A DNA stretch of 64,000 nucleotides from Phycisphaerae bacterium (GTDB taxonomy: Bacteria > Planctomycetota > Phycisphaerae > UBA1845), in NCBI GenBank assembly GCA_963666835.2, contig CAXXGO010000006.1, positions 1,920,001 through 1,984,000 on the forward strand. Direction: 5' to 3'. The position numbers and the translations under genes were made by a program. Below the pieces are notes generated by a model, which saw only the letters and a program-made list of their open reading frames with translations, did no database searches and was not told the origin of the DNA. Of this stretch, positions 60,521 through 64,000 are shown piece after piece. The first letter of the stretch is position 1; every line of letters starts with the position of its first letter.

Positions 60521-62335
60521 CTACGGATCCAGTTCGGTTACGTTGTCCTCGAATCCTCCCTCTGCCTCGCTAGCCGAGGGGGCTCCGAACCAGGGTCGCC
60601 CCAACGGTGGTCGAACGTCGCCGCGCTCGGCGGCGATGAGGCGATAAAGGAACGTGCGTCCTCCGCTGCCGTCCTCATCCCATGTCCGTTGTTGGAGGAT
60701 TCGCTCCTTCAGGTGGATGGCCGGCAGAAGGGTCGCGCTGTTGCTCAACGCCATGTTCAGGTGCCAGACGGCCTTGTCGAGGTCGTTGCGATTGTACGCG
60801 TCGATCGCTTTGCCGTACTGTCGTTGGGCGACGCGTTCGCGTCCGTGCCACATCAACCCGCGGCGGAGTCCCACCCGCATTCGCTCCAGGTCGTCAAGGC
60901 ACTCCGCCGATGCCGCGGCATACGCGCGTTGGTCTTTGACCACATGGACGGTGAGCAGGATGATAACCTCCTCGCGTGAACTGGAGTCGGCATTGGAGCG
61001 AAACAGGGGGCCAAGCCCCGGCAAGTTGCCGAGCCAGGGAACCTGTCGGCGGGCGTCCGTGGTTACCTCGCGAAACAGACCGCCGATTAGAATGGTCTCT
61101 CCATCCCGAACCAGAACGTTCGTAGTCACTTCCGTGGTCTGCTCGGACGGCAGGCCCTGGGCATTAACGTAGCCGACGCTGTCCTCCGGGTGCAACTCCA
61201 TGCGAATGTAACCGTCATCCCCGATGAACGGACGGAAGATGAGCTGCGTACCAGTCTCAAGGAACTCGATGGACTGCATTGCCTGCGTTTCGGTCACGGT
61301 GGTCGTCATGAAGCCGTCACGACGTCCGACGATGACTTGGCCCTTCTGTTTGTTCAGCCCCAACACCTTCGGGTTGGCCAGAACGGTTGTGTTGGTGACC
61401 TGCTCCAACGCCCGGAGGAACAAGGCCACTTTGTCTTTGAGAATGCCGACAGTGAGCCCGCCATCCGGCACGTCCCCGGCGAAATCACTCATGGCGGTGC
61501 TATTGAAGCGCTCGAGCCGGTCTTGCGGAAGCGGACCGAGGGTCAGATCCGTAATGCCGTTGGAAGTTGCCCCGAGCATTTCCAGGTCCACCCCGCCCAC
61601 AATTGCGAAATCGATACCCAGGGCGTTTTCGTCGCTCAACTCCGCGCGGAGAATCGTCGCATCGATAAGCACCTGCTGAGGTCGAACGTCGATCTTGGTG
61701 ATGATCCGTTCGATCTCGCGGAGCTTGTCCGGGTGGGCGGTGACGATCAGGAAATCCTGGGCCGCGCTGGCCTGACCGCCCCCGTCACCGGAATCGCTCT
61801 CAAGCTTCGTGGCCGGGTCGGGAGAGGCACTTAGTTTCTCATCCGAGCCCAGCAGCGGCTTAATATACGATCCGGCGTCGGCCGCGGTGACATAGCTTAG
61901 CCTAAACACTCGCGTGACAGGTCGGGCTGCCGCCGCCGCGGCTAGTTCATCAAGCTCATCCAGTGTGTGTACGTAAATGAAATCCCCGGCCATGCGGTAT
62001 CCTGCCCGGTTGGCCATGAGGATCGCCTGCAATGCCTCGTCGAAAGTGACTTCGTAGAGGTTGGCGGTGACTGATCCGGTCACGCCCGGGGAAGCGATGA
62101 TGTTCCGCCCGCTCTGCACGGCCAGCATCCGCAGTACGGTCGACAGGGCGGCATCCTCGACGAAGAGGTTCACCCGACCATTGCCATCTACGGTGACTTC
62201 CGTTTGCATACCCGATATGGGCTCATCAGCCGGCGGATCATCGTTTGCCCGCGTGGGCACAGAAAGAAGAAGCCCCAGCGTCAAAGGGACCAGTACCGTT
62301 CTTGCGAGGGTGATGACGTTTCGTTTCTCCACCAT
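60521..62335 (-). CDS. Secretin (GspD/PilQ family) with STN/N domains
   Basis: DVRPQQVLIDATI, LANPKVL, ETGTQL..RPFI, TTNVLVRDGETILIGGL, VPWLG.LP.LG.LF, EVIILLT. Confidence 0.9.
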   Translation of the reverse strand: MVEKRNVITLARTVLVPLTLGLLLSVPTRANDDPPADEPISGMQTEVTVDGNGRVNLFVEDAALSTVLRMLAVQSGRNIIASPGVTGSVTANLYEVTFDEALQAILMANRAGYRMAGDFIYVHTLDELDELAAAAAARPVTRVFRLSYVTAADAGSYIKPLLGSDEKLSASPDPATKLESDSGDGGGQASAAQDFLIVTAHPDKLREIERIITKIDVRPQQVLIDATILRAELSDENALGIDFAIVGGVDLEMLGATSNGITDLTLGPLPQDRLERFNSTAMSDFAGDVPDGGLTVGILKDKVALFLRALEQVTNTTVLANPKVLGLNKQKGQVIVGRRDGFMTTTVTETQAMQSIEFLETGTQLIFRPFIGDDGYIRMELHPEDSVGYVNAQGLPSEQTTEVTTNVLVRDGETILIGGLFREVTTDARRQVPWLGNLPGLGPLFRSNADSSSREEVIILLTVHVVKDQRAYAAASAECLDDLERMRVGLRRGLMWHGRERVAQRQYGKAIDAYNRNDLDKAVWHLNMALSNSATLLPAIHLKERILQQRTWDEDGSGGRTFLYRLIAAERGDVRPPLGRPWFGAPSASEAEGGFEDNVTELDP

Positions 62336-62538
62336 GTCGGGGTGGGGGTGGAATCCGCCGTCGGTCGATCCCGTAGTGTCACGATCCTGGCTTATCTTCG
62401 GTCGGTCTATCACTTGTGCAAGCTCAACCGTCGTATCGGAATTCACGGCAATGGCGTCAGCCGGCTCGCGCGCGGCGAGATCACCAAGCGCAATGCCCGG
62501 TGCGAATCCCCGGCCGTCCGCCACTCCGGACCCACCCT

Positions 62539-62826
62539 TCAGCGCGTGCGGGTGACGTTATCGGTGCTTGGGTTATCGGCACCTTCGACGCGCACATTGA
62601 ACGTCTGTTTCTGCATCAGATCCTTGATTTCGCCAAGGAGCAGGTTCGTACGCCGGATCTCCTCCAGGAGCAGCTTGCGCTGCATACCGCTGTCGGGGAT
62701 CTGCGCCTGGGCTTCCGGCAGCACCGCCACCGGGCCCATCCACACGCGAATGCACGTCAGCACGGCGAACGCGACCATTACGATGCGTAGAAACGGTGTT
62801 CTTGATGCTCGGTTAGGGGTCGACAT
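62539..62826 (-). CDS. Small exported hypothetical protein
   Basis: AAGGAG RBS; signal-like N-terminus, AQAQIPDSGMQR...coiled segment; upstream of the secretin. Confidence 0.7.
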   Translation of the reverse strand: MSTPNRASRTPFLRIVMVAFAVLTCIRVWMGPVAVLPEAQAQIPDSGMQRKLLLEEIRRTNLLLGEIKDLMQKQTFNVRVEGADNPSTDNVTRTR

Positions 62827-63116
62827 GGTTGTCTCCTTCGCAAGTCAAGGGATTGAGGATCCCCGCGTTCGGCCTTCGCTGAGCCCGCGGGGGCCACGGA
62901 TCCCGCATCGGATCCACTTGGTCCCGCGGACGGACCCGATCCAACGCTGCTTCCCGATGGGTCGCTCAGGTTCCTCTTCCCTTGCCAAGGGGCTCATCCG
63001 GGTGGGCACGCTGGAACCCCGCGCTACGCGGGGGCTGATGCCTTTCCTGGAAAGGGGGCAGGGGGGCATGGCGATTTCCTCGTCAGAAACAGCGCTCGGT
63101 TCGGCTACTTGCGGTA

Positions 63117-63143
63117 TTATCGGTCGCGGGACGGGCTGTCTTG
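63117..63143 (-). promoter_or_regulatory. Putative sigma28/FliA-type promoter for the secretin locus
   Basis: CAAG-N15-ACCGATAA. Confidence 0.35.
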
Positions 63144-63158
63144 CCAAGCGTGAGCGGC

Positions 63159-63998
63159 TCAGCGGAGCCCGGCGGGCAGGAGCAAGACCAGCAGGATCGT
63201 CGTTACGACGACGCCGAACACCGCGGATAGCCGCACAGAACGAGTCCTCGGCGAGGAATCCGGTTCGTGGATGATAAGGACGCCCCCCAATGCCAACACT
63301 GCCAAGGCCAATAGCGCCAGGGCGGTACGCCCGCCCAGCAGGTGCCGGCCTCCCGTTGCTCCCAGCACCACCACCAGCGCGCTGAAGACCAGCATCCGGG
63401 CCAGCATCGATGCGCCGGCCGAAGGACGGTTGGCCACCCTTGCCAGAAGCGCCTGTCGGCCGTAAGCCGTGGCGAACCCGATTCCGCCCAGACCGGCGCA
63501 TGCCCAGGCGACCATTCCGAGCCCGCTCTGCGTTACCGCGGGCCAAGCCACGATTCCGGCCGCAATGACCGTACCGGCGGCCGCGCACGATACCCCGAAG
63601 CCGCCGATTGATCTTTGCCCGAACCGCTTGGTCCGGCAGCCCGCGAGGATGCCGGTTCCCAACGCTGCGAGCATGACCGGAAGGGCAAATTGTCCGGCGG
63701 TCCCGCTATTGCAGATCCGGTGAAGCCAGACCAGAGTCCCCCACGCGGCACCGCCTCCAACCACTACAATGCCGGCTCGCAGGAGAGTCGGCCATCGGTC
63801 GCTCCACAGCGGCAAGCCGGCCGAATCCGGAGAAGATCCGCCAGTTGGAGTCGTCGCGACTTCGGTGTTTGAGCCGGCCGCCAATAGCGAAACGCCCAAC
63901 ACCGGCAGCGCTGCCGTCACCAGCAGGACCTCTGCCGGACTACCGGCCCGAGACAGCGCTACCGCTATTGCCGCCCCGGCTCCGGCCCCGGCCAGAAC
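63159..63998 (-). CDS. Multi-pass membrane protein (3' part; starts beyond window)
   Basis: Frame open to window edge; many Gly/Ala-rich TM helices. Confidence 0.7.
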   Translation of the reverse strand, partial: VLAGAGAGAAIAVALSRAGSPAEVLLVTAALPVLGVSLLAAGSNTEVATTPTGGSSPDSAGLPLWSDRWPTLLRAGIVVVGGGAAWGTLVWLHRICNSGTAGQFALPVMLAALGTGILAGCRTKRFGQRSIGGFGVSCAAAGTVIAAGIVAWPAVTQSGLGMVAWACAGLGGIGFATAYGRQALLARVANRPSAGASMLARMLVFSALVVVLGATGGRHLLGGRTALALLALAVLALGGVLIIHEPDSSPRTRSVRLSAVFGVVVTTILLVLLLPAGLR

Positions 63999-64000
63999 CA

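Overview
High-GC (roughly 60-65%, estimated by eye) bacterial chromosome segment. Gene content (zf-HC2 Ser/Thr kinases, FGE domain, AFTYQGQL secreted protein, CxxCGYxL..CPECG zinc-ribbon membrane proteins, dockerin-like/Kazal protein) points to Planctomycetota, probably Phycisphaerae; this is an inference. Housekeeping content: ligA (partial), tRNA-Phe, corA, a 6S-RNA/rny/ymdB/tyrS unit, a glycogen cluster (glgP, glgX, glgB, malQ), cysK, an MscS channel, a four-gene ABC-2 transporter and a secretin plus TPR lipoprotein. A phosphorelay of two HPt-containing histidine kinases sits upstream of a REC-GGDEF-REC-GAF-HD-GYP protein. Most notable: (1) a complete 4268-bp IS66-type element (34-bp IRs, 8-bp TSD GATAAGGC) that splits an M50 protease gene and carries a DUF4338/DruA-like (Mom/GNAT-like) gene, apparently leaderless and coupled to the transposase, plus a second passenger gene; (2) a dense population of intergenic GTAG-REPs and three-hairpin elements, one inverted pair of which encloses an apparent internally deleted IS200/Y1 transposase remnant; (3) an unusually long (~285 nt) 6S-like RNA; (4) two small ORFs with strong RBSs, missed or mis-started by the ORF track, converging on a CHASE2 kinase. 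No CRISPR array or rRNA was seen. All family assignments are from motif recognition, not database searches.
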